DNA of 64,000 nucleotides from Escherichia coli (GTDB lineage Bacteria; Pseudomonadota; Gammaproteobacteria; Enterobacterales; Enterobacteriaceae): NCBI RefSeq assembly GCF_024700885.2, contig NZ_CP117016.1; one strand, 5' to 3'. Shown piece by piece: positions 29,426 to 39,727 of this stretch (position 1 is its first letter; each line of letters starts with the position of its first letter). The notes under the pieces were generated by a model. It saw only the letters and a program-made list of their open reading frames with translations, ran no database searches and was not told where the DNA came from. The position numbers and the translations under genes were made by a program.

Positions 29426-29656
29426 CATCCCTGTTATCCCACACATATCTGCTGGCCGAACGACGCCAGTGCGCGTACGGAGGCAAGAGCAGCCCTGCAC
29501 ATGGCAGCGCTTGTGGTAACCTGGTTTAATCCGGTGATAAAGGCGTTTTACATGCATCTGCCAGCAGCCGGAAAAACCAAAAAAGTGGCGCTGGTTGACT
29601 GTATGCGTAAATTGCTGACCATCCTGAACGCAATGCTCAGAAAGAACGAAGAGTGA
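29426..29656 (+). pseudogene. IS110-family transposase, 3'-terminal fragment (about 76 codons)
   Basis: C-terminal ...RTEARAALHMAALVVTWFNPVIKAFYMHLPAAGKTKKVALVDCMRKLLTILNAMLRKNEE; no upstream coding body. Confidence 0.55.
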
Positions 29657-30206
29657 AATGAATCGCAGCATCATGTTGCTCCATAATTTTTACGTTCAAG
29701 ACAGTTGATTATCGGCGCATATGACTCAAAAAGAGCCTGATGATTGCCTCTTTTCCATAGGCTCTTTCTCTGAAGTGAAGGAAGGCCCGGAAGAAAGCAC
29801 TCGCTGGCATACGTGACTCCAGCTCAACCAGAGATAATCACCATTGTTATTTTTCTATTTAATAATAATCTCCTGAAAAATAGATATAGCAAAAATACAA
29901 TCCGGCCAGATTTAATTCCGCATTCATTACCAGAAATAATCAACACCACAACTATCATATCATTCAATAGTCACCGCTAAAATTTTATTATTTTCCTCTT
30001 CTTTACATAGAAATTGTCAACCTGTTTATTATACCGTACTTAAATAGTTAATCACAAAACAACATCACCATTATTTGCGTGTTTTATTTATTAATAACAT
30101 AGTCATACGTTCTTTTTTTACAAGGAAATAATCAATTGATAAATTGTTTTTTGGTTTAATAGTCAAGTAGGAAACATTTTAATAAATGATAAAAATCCTA
30201 AATTCC

Positions 30207-30235
30207 TTGTTCATAATGTAGGTGTGTGTTAAATA
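30207..30235 (+). promoter_or_regulatory. candidate sigma70 promoter for kps region 1 (TTGTTC, 17-nt spacer, TAAATA)
   Basis: Hexamers read directly; predicted start about 225-230 bp upstream of kpsF, the distance I recall for the K5 region 1 promoter. Confidence 0.35.
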
Positions 30236-30466
30236 GGTGGGCAAAATTTGGTTCCCCTTCTCGCCTGTAATATTGCAGCATCTTCGCACCTCCATGAGAC
30301 ATTGCGACTTAATAAGAAGGTGATAAGTCCTGCATATAAGCATGGACTGACCATGGTTTTATATTCATTAAAAATTTTGTTACAAACCATTGATTTAGCA
30401 TAAATAAATTATAGTGGGTTCGGGTTTGTTGTGACTGTGGCATTATTTCCGTGCAAAGGAGCTGAT

Positions 30467-31450
30467 ATGTCTGAAAGACATTTACCTGATGACCAGAGCA
30501 GTACTATCGATCCATATCTAATTACCTCTGTTCGCCAGACTCTGGCAGAACAAGGCGCAGCATTACAAAACTTGTCTAAACAACTGGATTCCGGGCAGTA
30601 CCAGCGTGTCCTTAATTTGATAATGAACTGTAAAGGGCACGTTATTCTTTCGGGAATGGGTAAATCAGGGCATGTCGGTCGTAAAATGTCAGCGACGCTG
30701 GCCTCTACCGGTACGCCTAGTTTCTTTATTCATCCTGCAGAAGCTTTCCATGGCGATCTGGGCATGATTACGCCTTACGATCTTCTGATCCTTATTTCTG
30801 CCAGCGGTGAAACGGATGAAATCCTCAAGCTAGTTCCTTCACTGAAAAATTTCGGCAACCGAATAATCGCCATTACCAATAATGGAAATTCCACGCTGGC
30901 GAAAAATGCTGATGCCGTGCTGGAACTCCACATGGCGAATGAAACCTGCCCGAATAATCTTGCACCAACAACGTCTACCACGCTGACGATGGCGATCGGC
31001 GATGCGCTGGCGATTGCCATGATCCGCCAACGCAAATTTATGCCGAATGATTTTGCGCGCTATCACCCGGGCGGTTCATTAGGTCGTCGCCTGCTGACCC
31101 GCGTTGCTGATGTCATGCAGCATGATGTGCCTGCGGTACAGCTGGATGCGTCATTTAAAACCGTGATTCAACGTATCACCAGCGGATGCCAGGGAATGGT
31201 GATGGTAGAAGACGCAGAAGGTGGGCTAGCGGGCATTATCACCGACGGTGACCTGCGTCGCTTTATGGAAAAAGAGGATTCTCTGACATCCGCCACGGCT
31301 GCGCAGATGATGACACGTGAACCGCTGACGCTACCGGAAGACACCATGATCATTGAAGCGGAAGAAAAAATGCAAAAACACCGTGTCTCAACGTTATTGG
31401 TGACCAACAAGGCAAATAAAGTCACTGGCCTTGTGCGCATTTTCGACTAA
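30467..31450 (+). CDS. kpsF: arabinose-5-phosphate isomerase KpsF
   Basis: Start MSERHLPDD with AAGGAG Shine-Dalgarno; SIS domain GMGKSGHVGRKMSATLASTG plus CBS region. Confidence 0.9.
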   Translation: MSERHLPDDQSSTIDPYLITSVRQTLAEQGAALQNLSKQLDSGQYQRVLNLIMNCKGHVILSGMGKSGHVGRKMSATLASTGTPSFFIHPAEAFHGDLGMITPYDLLILISASGETDEILKLVPSLKNFGNRIIAITNNGNSTLAKNADAVLELHMANETCPNNLAPTTSTTLTMAIGDALAIAMIRQRKFMPNDFARYHPGGSLGRRLLTRVADVMQHDVPAVQLDASFKTVIQRITSGCQGMVMVEDAEGGLAGIITDGDLRRFMEKEDSLTSATAAQMMTREPLTLPEDTMIIEAEEKMQKHRVSTLLVTNKANKVTGLVRIFD

Positions 31451-31521
31451 TTAAGCAACGGGGTTCGAGAGGTTAGTCTCTCATTGAGTTTGCGCCCCAC
31501 TGAAACTTTGATAATCGTTAC

Positions 31522-32670
31522 ATGTTGATAAAAGTGAAGTCTGCCGTATCCTGGATGCGTGCTCGTCTGTCTGCCATCTCACTGGCAGATATCCAAAAAC
31601 ACCTGGCGAAAATCATCATTCTGGCACCGATGGCGGTGCTGCTGATCTATCTGGCTATCTTCAGCCAGCCTCGCTATATGAGCGAGTCGAAAGTCGCCAT
31701 TAAACGCTCGGATGATTTAAACAGCGGCAGCCTGAATTTTGGTCTGCTTCTGGGTGCCTCTAACCCCAGTTCCGCAGAAGATGCTTTGTATCTGAAAGAG
31801 TACATCAACTCGCCGGATATGCTGGCGGCGCTGGATAAGCAACTAAATTTTCGTGAAGCATTTAGCCACAGCGGGCTCGATTTTCTTAATCATCTTAGCA
31901 AGGATGAAACCGCAGAAGGATTCCTGAAGTACTACAAGGACCGTATCAACGTCTCGTATGACGATAAAACCGGATTACTGAATATTCAGACGCAGGGCTT
32001 TAGCCCGGAGTTTGCGCTTAAGTTTAACCAGACCGTGCTGAAAGAGTCAGAGCGCTTTATCAATGAGATGTCACATCGCATCGCGCGTGACCAGCTTGCC
32101 TTTGCAGAAACGGAGATGGAAAAGGCACGCCAGCGTCTGGACGCCAGCAAAGCGGAATTGCTCTCTTATCAGGACAACAACAACGTTCTGGATCCACAGG
32201 CACAGGCACAGGCGGCGAGCACGTTAGTCAATACGCTGATGGGCCAGAAGATCCAGATGGAAGCGGATCTGCGTAACTTGCTGACGTATCTGCGTGAGGA
32301 CGCCCCGCAAGTAGTGAGTGCGCGTAATGCGATTCAGTCATTGCAGGCACAAATCGATGAAGAACAAAGCAAAATCACTGCGCCACAGGGTGACAAGCTA
32401 AACCGTATGGCAGTGGATTTTGAAGAAATCAAATCAAAAGTAGAGTTCAACACCGAGCTGTACAAACTGACCCTGACCTCCATTGAAAAGACCCGTGTAG
32501 AAGCGGCTCGTAAGCTCAAGGTGCTGTCAGTGATCAGTTCGCCACAGTTGCCGCAGGAATCGTCTTTTCCAAATATCCCTTATTTGATCGCCTGCTGGTT
32601 ACTGGTGTGCTGCCTGCTGTTCGGCACCCTGAAACTGTTGCTGGCTGTTATTGAAGATCACCGAGACTAA
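31522..32670 (+). CDS. kpsE: capsule export inner-membrane co-polymerase KpsE
   Basis: 382 aa, N- and C-terminal TM segments, conserved region 1 position. Confidence 0.9.
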   Translation: MLIKVKSAVSWMRARLSAISLADIQKHLAKIIILAPMAVLLIYLAIFSQPRYMSESKVAIKRSDDLNSGSLNFGLLLGASNPSSAEDALYLKEYINSPDMLAALDKQLNFREAFSHSGLDFLNHLSKDETAEGFLKYYKDRINVSYDDKTGLLNIQTQGFSPEFALKFNQTVLKESERFINEMSHRIARDQLAFAETEMEKARQRLDASKAELLSYQDNNNVLDPQAQAQAASTLVNTLMGQKIQMEADLRNLLTYLREDAPQVVSARNAIQSLQAQIDEEQSKITAPQGDKLNRMAVDFEEIKSKVEFNTELYKLTLTSIEKTRVEAARKLKVLSVISSPQLPQESSFPNIPYLIACWLLVCCLLFGTLKLLLAVIEDHRD

Positions 32671-32690
32671 CGCTGTCGCTGAATGAGTTT

Positions 32691-34370
32691 GTGATGAAAT
32701 TATTTAAATCAATTTTACTGATTGCCGCCTGTCACGCGGCGCAGGCCAGCGCGGCCATTGATATTAACGCTGACCCAAACCTTACAGGAGCCGCGCCGCT
32801 TACCGGTATTCTGAACGGGCAACAGTCGGATACGCAAAACATGAGCGGCTTCGACAATACCCCGCCGCCCTCACCGCCGGTGGTAATGAGCCGTATGTTT
32901 GGTGCTCAACTTTTCAACGGCACCAGCGCGGATAGCGGTGCGACGGTAGGATTCAACCCTGACTATATTCTGAATCCGGGTGATAGCATTCAGGTTCGCT
33001 TGTGGGGTGCGTTCACCTTTGATGGTGCGTTACAGGTTGATCCCAAAGGTAATATTTTCCTGCCGAACGTTGGTCCGGTGAAAGTTGCTGGCGTCAGTAA
33101 TAGTCAGCTAAATGCCCTGGTCACATCCAAAGTGAAGGAAGTATACCAGTCCAACGTCAACGTCTACGCCTCCTTATTACAGGCGCAGCCAGTAAAAGTG
33201 TACGTGACCGGATTTGTGCGTAATCCTGGTCTGTATGGCGGTGTGACGTCTGATTCGTTACTCAATTATCTGATCAAGGCTGGCGGCGTTGATCCAGAGC
33301 GCGGAAGTTACGTTGATATTGTGGTCAAGCGCGGTAACCGCGTGCGCTCCAACGTCAACCTGTACGACTTCCTGCTGAACGGCAAACTGGGGCTTTCGCA
33401 GTTCGCCGATGGTGACACCATCATCGTCGGGCCGCGTCAGCATACTTTCAGCGTTCAGGGCGATGTCTTTAACAGCTACGACTTTGAGTTCCGCGAAAGC
33501 AGCATTCCCGTAACAGAAGCGTTGAGCTGGGCGCGCCCTAAGCCTGGCGCGACTCACATTACGATTATGCGTAAACAGGGGCTGCAAAAACGCAGCGAAT
33601 ACTATCCGATCAGTTCTGCACCAGGCCGTATGTTGCAAAATGGCGATACCTTAATCGTGAGCACTGACCGCTATGCCGGCACCATTCAGGTGCGGGTTGA
33701 AGGCGCGCACTCTGGTGAACATGCCATGGTACTGCCTTATGGTTCCACTATGCGTGCGGTTCTGGAAAAAGTCCGCCCGAACAGCATGTCGCAGATGAAC
33801 GCGGTTCAGCTTTATCGCCCATCAGTAGCTCAGCGTCAGAAAGAGATGCTGAATCTCTCGCTGCAAAAACTGGAGGAAGCCTCACTTTCTGCCCAGTCAT
33901 CCACCAAAGAAGAAGCCAGCCTGCGAATGCAGGAAGCACAACTGATCAGCCGCTTTGTGGCGAAAGCACGCACCGTGGTTCCGAAAGGTGAAGTGATCCT
34001 CAACGAATCCAATATTGATTCTGTTCTGCTTGAAGATGGCGACGTCATCAATATTCCGGAGAAAACATCGCTGGTTATGGTTCATGGCGAAGTGCTGTTC
34101 CCGAACGCGGTGAGCTGGCAGAAGGGTATGACCACCGAGGATTACATCGAGAAATGTGGTGGCCTGACGCAGAAATCGGGTAACGCCAGAATTATCGTCA
34201 TTCGTCAGAACGGTGCAGCCGTCAACGCAGAAGATGTGGATTCACTCAAACCGGGCGATGAGATTATGGTTCTGCCGAAATATGAATCGAAAAACATTGA
34301 AGTTACCCGTGGTATTTCCACCATCCTCTATCAGCTGGCGGTGGGTGCAAAAGTGATTCTGTCTTTGTAA
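32691..34370 (+). CDS. kpsD: capsule export outer-membrane protein KpsD
   Basis: 559 aa with signal peptide, conserved region 1 position. Confidence 0.9.
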   Translation: MMKLFKSILLIAACHAAQASAAIDINADPNLTGAAPLTGILNGQQSDTQNMSGFDNTPPPSPPVVMSRMFGAQLFNGTSADSGATVGFNPDYILNPGDSIQVRLWGAFTFDGALQVDPKGNIFLPNVGPVKVAGVSNSQLNALVTSKVKEVYQSNVNVYASLLQAQPVKVYVTGFVRNPGLYGGVTSDSLLNYLIKAGGVDPERGSYVDIVVKRGNRVRSNVNLYDFLLNGKLGLSQFADGDTIIVGPRQHTFSVQGDVFNSYDFEFRESSIPVTEALSWARPKPGATHITIMRKQGLQKRSEYYPISSAPGRMLQNGDTLIVSTDRYAGTIQVRVEGAHSGEHAMVLPYGSTMRAVLEKVRPNSMSQMNAVQLYRPSVAQRQKEMLNLSLQKLEEASLSAQSSTKEEASLRMQEAQLISRFVAKARTVVPKGEVILNESNIDSVLLEDGDVINIPEKTSLVMVHGEVLFPNAVSWQKGMTTEDYIEKCGGLTQKSGNARIIVIRQNGAAVNAEDVDSLKPGDEIMVLPKYESKNIEVTRGISTILYQLAVGAKVILSL

Positions 34371-34379
34371 GGAGTTGAA

Positions 34380-35120
34380 ATGAGCAAAGCAGTTATTGTC
34401 ATTCCGGCTCGTTATGGCTCATCGCGCCTGCCGGGTAAGCCACTGCTCGATATTGTTGGTAAACCGATGATCCAGCATGTTTACGAGCGTGCGTTACAGG
34501 TGGCGGGCGTTGCGGAAGTTTGGGTGGCAACAGACGATCCGCGTGTTGAACAGGCCGTGCAGGCATTTGGCGGGAAAGCCATCATGACGCGCAACGATCA
34601 TGAATCCGGCACCGATCGGCTGGTCGAGGTGATGCATAAAGTCGAGGCAGATATCTACATTAACCTGCAGGGCGACGAACCAATGATTCGCCCGCGGGAT
34701 GTAGAAACGCTGTTACAAGGAATGCGTGATGACCCCGCGTTGCCAGTGGCAACGCTATGCCACGCGATTTCTGCCGAAGAAGCTGCTGAGCCAAGCACGG
34801 TAAAAGTGGTGGTAAATACCCGCCAGGATGCGCTTTATTTCAGCCGTTCGCCTATTCCGTATCCGCGTAATGCTGAAAAAGCGCGCTACCTGAAACACGT
34901 TGGTATTTACGCTTATCGTCGCGATGTGCTGCAAAACTACAGCCAGTTACCGGAGTCCATGCAGGAGCAGGCAGAATCACTGGAGCAGCTGCGGTTGATG
35001 AGCGCGGGGATCAACATCCGCACATTTGAGGTTGCCGCAACCGGTCCGGGCGTCGACACCCCAGCATGCCTGGAAAAAGTGCGCGCCCTGATGGCACAGG
35101 AACTGGCTGAAAACGCATGA
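34380..35120 (+). CDS. kpsU: CMP-Kdo synthetase KpsU
   Basis: 246 aa KdsB-like ([18 protein letters not shown]). Confidence 0.9.
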   Translation: MSKAVIVIPARYGSSRLPGKPLLDIVGKPMIQHVYERALQVAGVAEVWVATDDPRVEQAVQAFGGKAIMTRNDHESGTDRLVEVMHKVEADIYINLQGDEPMIRPRDVETLLQGMRDDPALPVATLCHAISAEEAAEPSTVKVVVNTRQDALYFSRSPIPYPRNAEKARYLKHVGIYAYRRDVLQNYSQLPESMQEQAESLEQLRLMSAGINIRTFEVAATGPGVDTPACLEKVRALMAQELAENA

Positions 35121-37144
35121 TTGGCATTTTCTCGTCCGGTATCTGGCGTATTCCGCATCTGGAGAAATTTCTGGCGCAACCGTGCCAGAAACTTTCTCTG
35201 CTGCGCCCTGTTCCGCAAGAAGTTGATGCTATCGCCGTGTGGGGACATCGTCCCAGCGCGGCGAAACCAGTCGCCATCGCCAAAGCAGCGGGAAAACCCG
35301 TCATTCGTCTGGAAGATGGATTTGTGCGTTCGCTGGATCTTGGCGTCAATGGCGAGCCGCCGCTTTCTCTGGTGGTGGATGATTGTGGCATTTACTACGA
35401 TGCCAGCAAGCCTTCAGCACTGGAGAAACTGGTACAGGATAAAGCCGGAAATACAGCTCTGATAAGTCTGGCCAGAGAAGCGATGCACACCATCGTGACC
35501 GGGGATTTGTCGAAATATAACCTGGCACCTGCGTTTGTGGCTGATGAGTCAGAACGTTCAGACATCGTTCTGGTTGTCGATCAGACATTTAATGATATGT
35601 CAGTGACGTATGGCAATGCTGGCCCGCATGAGTTTGCTGCCATGCTGGAAGCCGCGATGGCGGAAAATCCTCAAGCCGAAATTTGGGTGAAGGTGCACCC
35701 AGATGTACTGGAAGGAAAGAAAACAGGTTATTTCGCTGATCTGCGCGCCACGCAACGAGTACGTTTGATTGCTGAGAATGTCAGCCCGCAGTCGCTGTTG
35801 CGACACGTTTCCCGGGTTTACGTCGTGACCTCCCAGTATGGCTTTGAAGCCTTGCTGGCAGGAAAACCAGTAACATGTTTCGGCCAGCCCTGGTATTCAG
35901 GTTGGGGCTTAACCGACGATCGTCATCCACAGTCCGCTTTGTTATCTGCCCGACGCGGTTCTGCCACGCTGGAGGAACTTTTTGCCGCTGCATACCTGCG
36001 TTACTGTCGCTATATCGATCCGCAAACGGGAGAAGTAAGCGATATATTTACTGTGCTGCAATGGCTGCAATTACAACGTCGACATCTGCAACAGCGTAAT
36101 GGTTATTTATGGGCGCCAGGCTTAACGCTGTGGAAGTCAGCGATCCTGAAACCTTTCTTGCAAACGGCAACAAACCGGCTGAGTTTTTCACGTCGTTGTA
36201 CTGCGGCGAGCGCCTGCGTGGTATGGGGTGTAAAGGGAGAACAGCAATGGCGAGCCGAAGCGCAACGAAAATCACTGCCGTTATGGCGAATGGAAGATGG
36301 TTTTCTGCGTTCATCCGGACTTGGCTCTGACCTTTTGCCGCCGCTATCGTTGGTCCTGGATAAACGCGGGATCTACTATGACGCCACGCGCCCCAGCGAC
36401 CTGGAAGTGTTGCTTAATCACAGCCAGTTAACACTGGCGCAGCAGATGCGAGCTGAGAAGTTGCGGCAACGGGTGGTTGAAAGCAAACTGAGCAAATACA
36501 ACCTAGGGGCCGATTTCTCTCTGCCTGCCGAAGCCCAAGATAAAAAAATCATCCTGGTGCCGGGTCAGGTAGAAGACGATGCCTCAATTAAAACAGGCAC
36601 TGTGTCGATTAAGAGCAACCTTGAGTTATTACGCACAGTACGCGAGCGCAATCCGCACGCCTACATTGTTTATAAACCGCACCCGGATGTACTGGTGGGG
36701 AATCGCAAGGGCAATATTCCGACAGAACTAATTGCTGAACTCGCTGATTATCAGGCACTGGACGCAGATATTATTCAATGCATTCAGCGCGCAGATGAAG
36801 TGCACACCATGACATCATTGTCCGGGTTTGAAGCGTTATTACATGGCAAGCAAGTTCATTGTTACGGCCTGCCCTTCTATGCCGGTTGGGGTTTAACCGT
36901 TGATGAACATCACTGCCCGCGCCGCGAACAAAAATTAACGTTAGCAGATTTGATCTATCAGGCGTTGATTGTTTATCCAACCTATATCCACCCAACACGG
37001 CTACAACCTATTACGGTTGAAGAGGCGGCGGAATATTTGATCCAGACGCCGCGCAAGCCGATGTTTATTACCCGAAAAAAAGCGGGACGAGTCATACGCT
37101 ATTACCGCAAATTAATTATGTTCTGCAAGGTCAGATTTGGCTAA
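35117..37144 (+). CDS. kpsC: beta-Kdo transferase KpsC
   Basis: 675 aa with duplicated domains, overlaps kpsU stop. Confidence 0.9.
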   Translation: MIGIFSSGIWRIPHLEKFLAQPCQKLSLLRPVPQEVDAIAVWGHRPSAAKPVAIAKAAGKPVIRLEDGFVRSLDLGVNGEPPLSLVVDDCGIYYDASKPSALEKLVQDKAGNTALISLAREAMHTIVTGDLSKYNLAPAFVADESERSDIVLVVDQTFNDMSVTYGNAGPHEFAAMLEAAMAENPQAEIWVKVHPDVLEGKKTGYFADLRATQRVRLIAENVSPQSLLRHVSRVYVVTSQYGFEALLAGKPVTCFGQPWYSGWGLTDDRHPQSALLSARRGSATLEELFAAAYLRYCRYIDPQTGEVSDIFTVLQWLQLQRRHLQQRNGYLWAPGLTLWKSAILKPFLQTATNRLSFSRRCTAASACVVWGVKGEQQWRAEAQRKSLPLWRMEDGFLRSSGLGSDLLPPLSLVLDKRGIYYDATRPSDLEVLLNHSQLTLAQQMRAEKLRQRVVESKLSKYNLGADFSLPAEAQDKKIILVPGQVEDDASIKTGTVSIKSNLELLRTVRERNPHAYIVYKPHPDVLVGNRKGNIPTELIAELADYQALDADIIQCIQRADEVHTMTSLSGFEALLHGKQVHCYGLPFYAGWGLTVDEHHCPRREQKLTLADLIYQALIVYPTYIHPTRLQPITVEEAAEYLIQTPRKPMFITRKKAGRVIRYYRKLIMFCKVRFG

Positions 37145-37178
37145 ACAATTTCATAGTTGACTATTACACAAATTATTT

Positions 37179-38414
37179 ATGCAAGGTAATGCACTAACCG
37201 TTTTATTATCCGGTAAAAAATATCTGCTATTGCAGGGGCCAATGGGACCCTTTTTCAGTGATGTTGCCGAGTGGCTAGAGTCATTAGGTCGTAACGCTGT
37301 GAATGTAGTATTCAACGGCGGGGATCGTTTTTACTGCCGTCATCGACAATACCTGGCTTACTACCAAACGCCGAAAGAGTTTCCCGGATGGTTACGGGAT
37401 CTCCATCGGCAATATGACTTTGATACCATCCTCTGCTTTGGTGACTGCCGCCCATTGCACAAAGAAGCAAAACGCTGGGCAAAGTCGAAAGGGATCCGCT
37501 TTCTGGCATTTGAGGAAGGATATTTACGCCCGCAATTTATTACCGTTGAAGAAGGCGGAGTGAACGCATATTCATCGCTACCGCGCGATCCGGATTTTTA
37601 TCGTAAGTTACCAGATATGCCTGCGCCGCACGTTGAGAACTTAAAACCTTCAACGATGAAACGCATTGGCCATGCGATGTGGTATTACCTGATGGGCTGG
37701 CATTACCGTCATGAGTTCCCTCGCTACCGCCACCACAAATCATTTTCCCCCTGGTATGAAGCTCGTTGCTGGGTTCGTGCGTACTGGCGCAAGCAACTTT
37801 ACAAGGTAACACAGCGTAAAGTATTGCCGCGGTTAATGAATGAGCTGGATCAGCGTTATTATCTTGCCGTTTTGCAGGTGTATAACGATAGCCAGATTCG
37901 TAACCACAGCAATTATAACGATGTGCGAGATTATATTAATGAAGTCATGTACTCATTTTCGCGTAAAGCGCCAAAAGAAAGTTATTTGGTGATCAAGCAC
38001 CATCCAATGGATCGTGGTCACAGACTCTATCGACCATTAATTAAACGGTTGAGTAAGGAATATGGCTTAGGTGAGCGCGTCATTTATGTGCACGATCTCC
38101 CGATGCCGGAATTGTTACGCCACGCAAAAGCGGTGGTGACAATTAACAGTACGGCGGGGATATCTGCGCTGATTCACAACAAACCACTCAAAGTGATGGG
38201 CAATGCCCTGTACGACATCAAAGGCTTGACGTATCAAGGGCATTTGCACCAGTTCTGGCAGGCCGATTTTAAACCGGATATGAAACTGTTTAAGAAGTTT
38301 CGGGGGTATTTATTGGTGAGGACGCAGATTAATGGGGTTTATTATGGTGATAGATGTTTTGAACATGATATTAAGGTGGATAAGGATTCTTGGAGTCTTA
38401 CACGTCAAGTTTGA
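37179..38414 (+). CDS. kpsS: beta-Kdo transferase KpsS
   Basis: 411 aa, last gene of region 1. Confidence 0.9.
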   Translation: MQGNALTVLLSGKKYLLLQGPMGPFFSDVAEWLESLGRNAVNVVFNGGDRFYCRHRQYLAYYQTPKEFPGWLRDLHRQYDFDTILCFGDCRPLHKEAKRWAKSKGIRFLAFEEGYLRPQFITVEEGGVNAYSSLPRDPDFYRKLPDMPAPHVENLKPSTMKRIGHAMWYYLMGWHYRHEFPRYRHHKSFSPWYEARCWVRAYWRKQLYKVTQRKVLPRLMNELDQRYYLAVLQVYNDSQIRNHSNYNDVRDYINEVMYSFSRKAPKESYLVIKHHPMDRGHRLYRPLIKRLSKEYGLGERVIYVHDLPMPELLRHAKAVVTINSTAGISALIHNKPLKVMGNALYDIKGLTYQGHLHQFWQADFKPDMKLFKKFRGYLLVRTQINGVYYGDRCFEHDIKVDKDSWSLTRQV

Positions 38415-38574
38415 AGATTAATATTTTTTAACAAAAATGGCTAATCATTACTTGTTAACCATTTAGTAAACTGCAAAAACACGAAATTATCAATTATACA
38501 AAACTTCAAGATTATTAATTAAATAACAAAAAAACGAACATATCTTAACTTTATGAAAAATAAATAATAATATA

Positions 38575-39711
38575 TTAATACAAACTCTCTAACTTATCTT
38601 TTTTAATTTTTGTATCTTCTTTTAAATACTCACACAGCCAGCGAATACGTTGCTTAAAACTCATATTTTCAAGCGATGAAAATGAATATGACAAAATGTA
38701 TTTTTGAATATACTCAGGACAAGACTCAATATTTAATATGTCATCGCCAACGTGAAATAAATTATGTTTATAATAAGATAATATCTTTTTAGGAATAAAA
38801 ACATTTTCTTTGCAATTACCATTGACTATAACACCGCATGGTATTTTACGAGAATGAAACTGAACTTCCATTGCTGATATATCTGTTAATGCATATGATA
38901 CTTTTATATTATTAGTTATCTTTCTTCGTAATTTAATTAGGGGGAATCGAGTTCCTTCAATGAATCCATTTGTTATTTTATAAACAATTAAACCAGCTTT
39001 CGTGAAAAGCCTAATACTCTCATTAAGAATGGCTTTGTATTTATGATCTCGATGACCTATGTTTGGATGTGCTTGTATATAAAGAATATTTATTTTTTTG
39101 ATTTTACAAAATTTTATTATCTTATGTGTGGTTTCATTATTTATCGAACTATAATTTTCTTCTGGGATTCCCCCCTCCCATGTTGGAGCATATACAGCAG
39201 AACGAGAATTTACATCAAACTGAAAATAATTATGTCCAATGAAAGTATTTCCTAATTTAATTACTTTCCCATTTCTAATATCGAATGGTGTAAAAATTCC
39301 GGACTTAAGGTATCTATCAATACCTACATCTCCAGAAGTGACTACGTAATCATAAATTTTTATAATCGGTTTTACAGAAGCAAGTTTATGGCTTTCACCA
39401 TGTGTAACAAAAACGTGAATCAGGTTTCTATTTGCCACAATACGACAATTTGATTGAGCGTTGAATAAATAGAAAACAATTTTACCATTATTAAAAACCA
39501 AGTCTGAATTTTTCTTAATAAATTTAAATGAAATATTATGTTTATTAAACTCCTCAGTAAATTTTTTTTCTATTTCTTTATAGTACTTACAATACACACT
39601 TATGCAATCCTCCACATTGAATACTTGTGCCTGAAAATAACGAATTAACTGTTCCAAAGCTCCTTCAATTTTTGTATCAATATATAAATAGTATAGGTTA
39701 TTAACAGACAC
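38575..39711 (-). CDS. region 2: TagF-like polyol-phosphate transferase (378 aa), GTG start
   Basis: VYAPTWEG and AHPNIGH motifs typical of CDP-glycerol/ribitol phosphotransferases; very AT-rich. Confidence 0.6.
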   Translation of the reverse strand: MSVNNLYYLYIDTKIEGALEQLIRYFQAQVFNVEDCISVYCKYYKEIEKKFTEEFNKHNISFKFIKKNSDLVFNNGKIVFYLFNAQSNCRIVANRNLIHVFVTHGESHKLASVKPIIKIYDYVVTSGDVGIDRYLKSGIFTPFDIRNGKVIKLGNTFIGHNYFQFDVNSRSAVYAPTWEGGIPEENYSSINNETTHKIIKFCKIKKINILYIQAHPNIGHRDHKYKAILNESIRLFTKAGLIVYKITNGFIEGTRFPLIKLRRKITNNIKVSYALTDISAMEVQFHSRKIPCGVIVNGNCKENVFIPKKILSYYKHNLFHVGDDILNIESCPEYIQKYILSYSFSSLENMSFKQRIRWLCEYLKEDTKIKKDKLESLY

Positions 39712-39727
39712 AATATATACCTTTTAT

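Noticed and set aside
30775-31066. Minus-strand ORFs within kpsF
   Set aside because: Antisense to a conserved region 1 gene.
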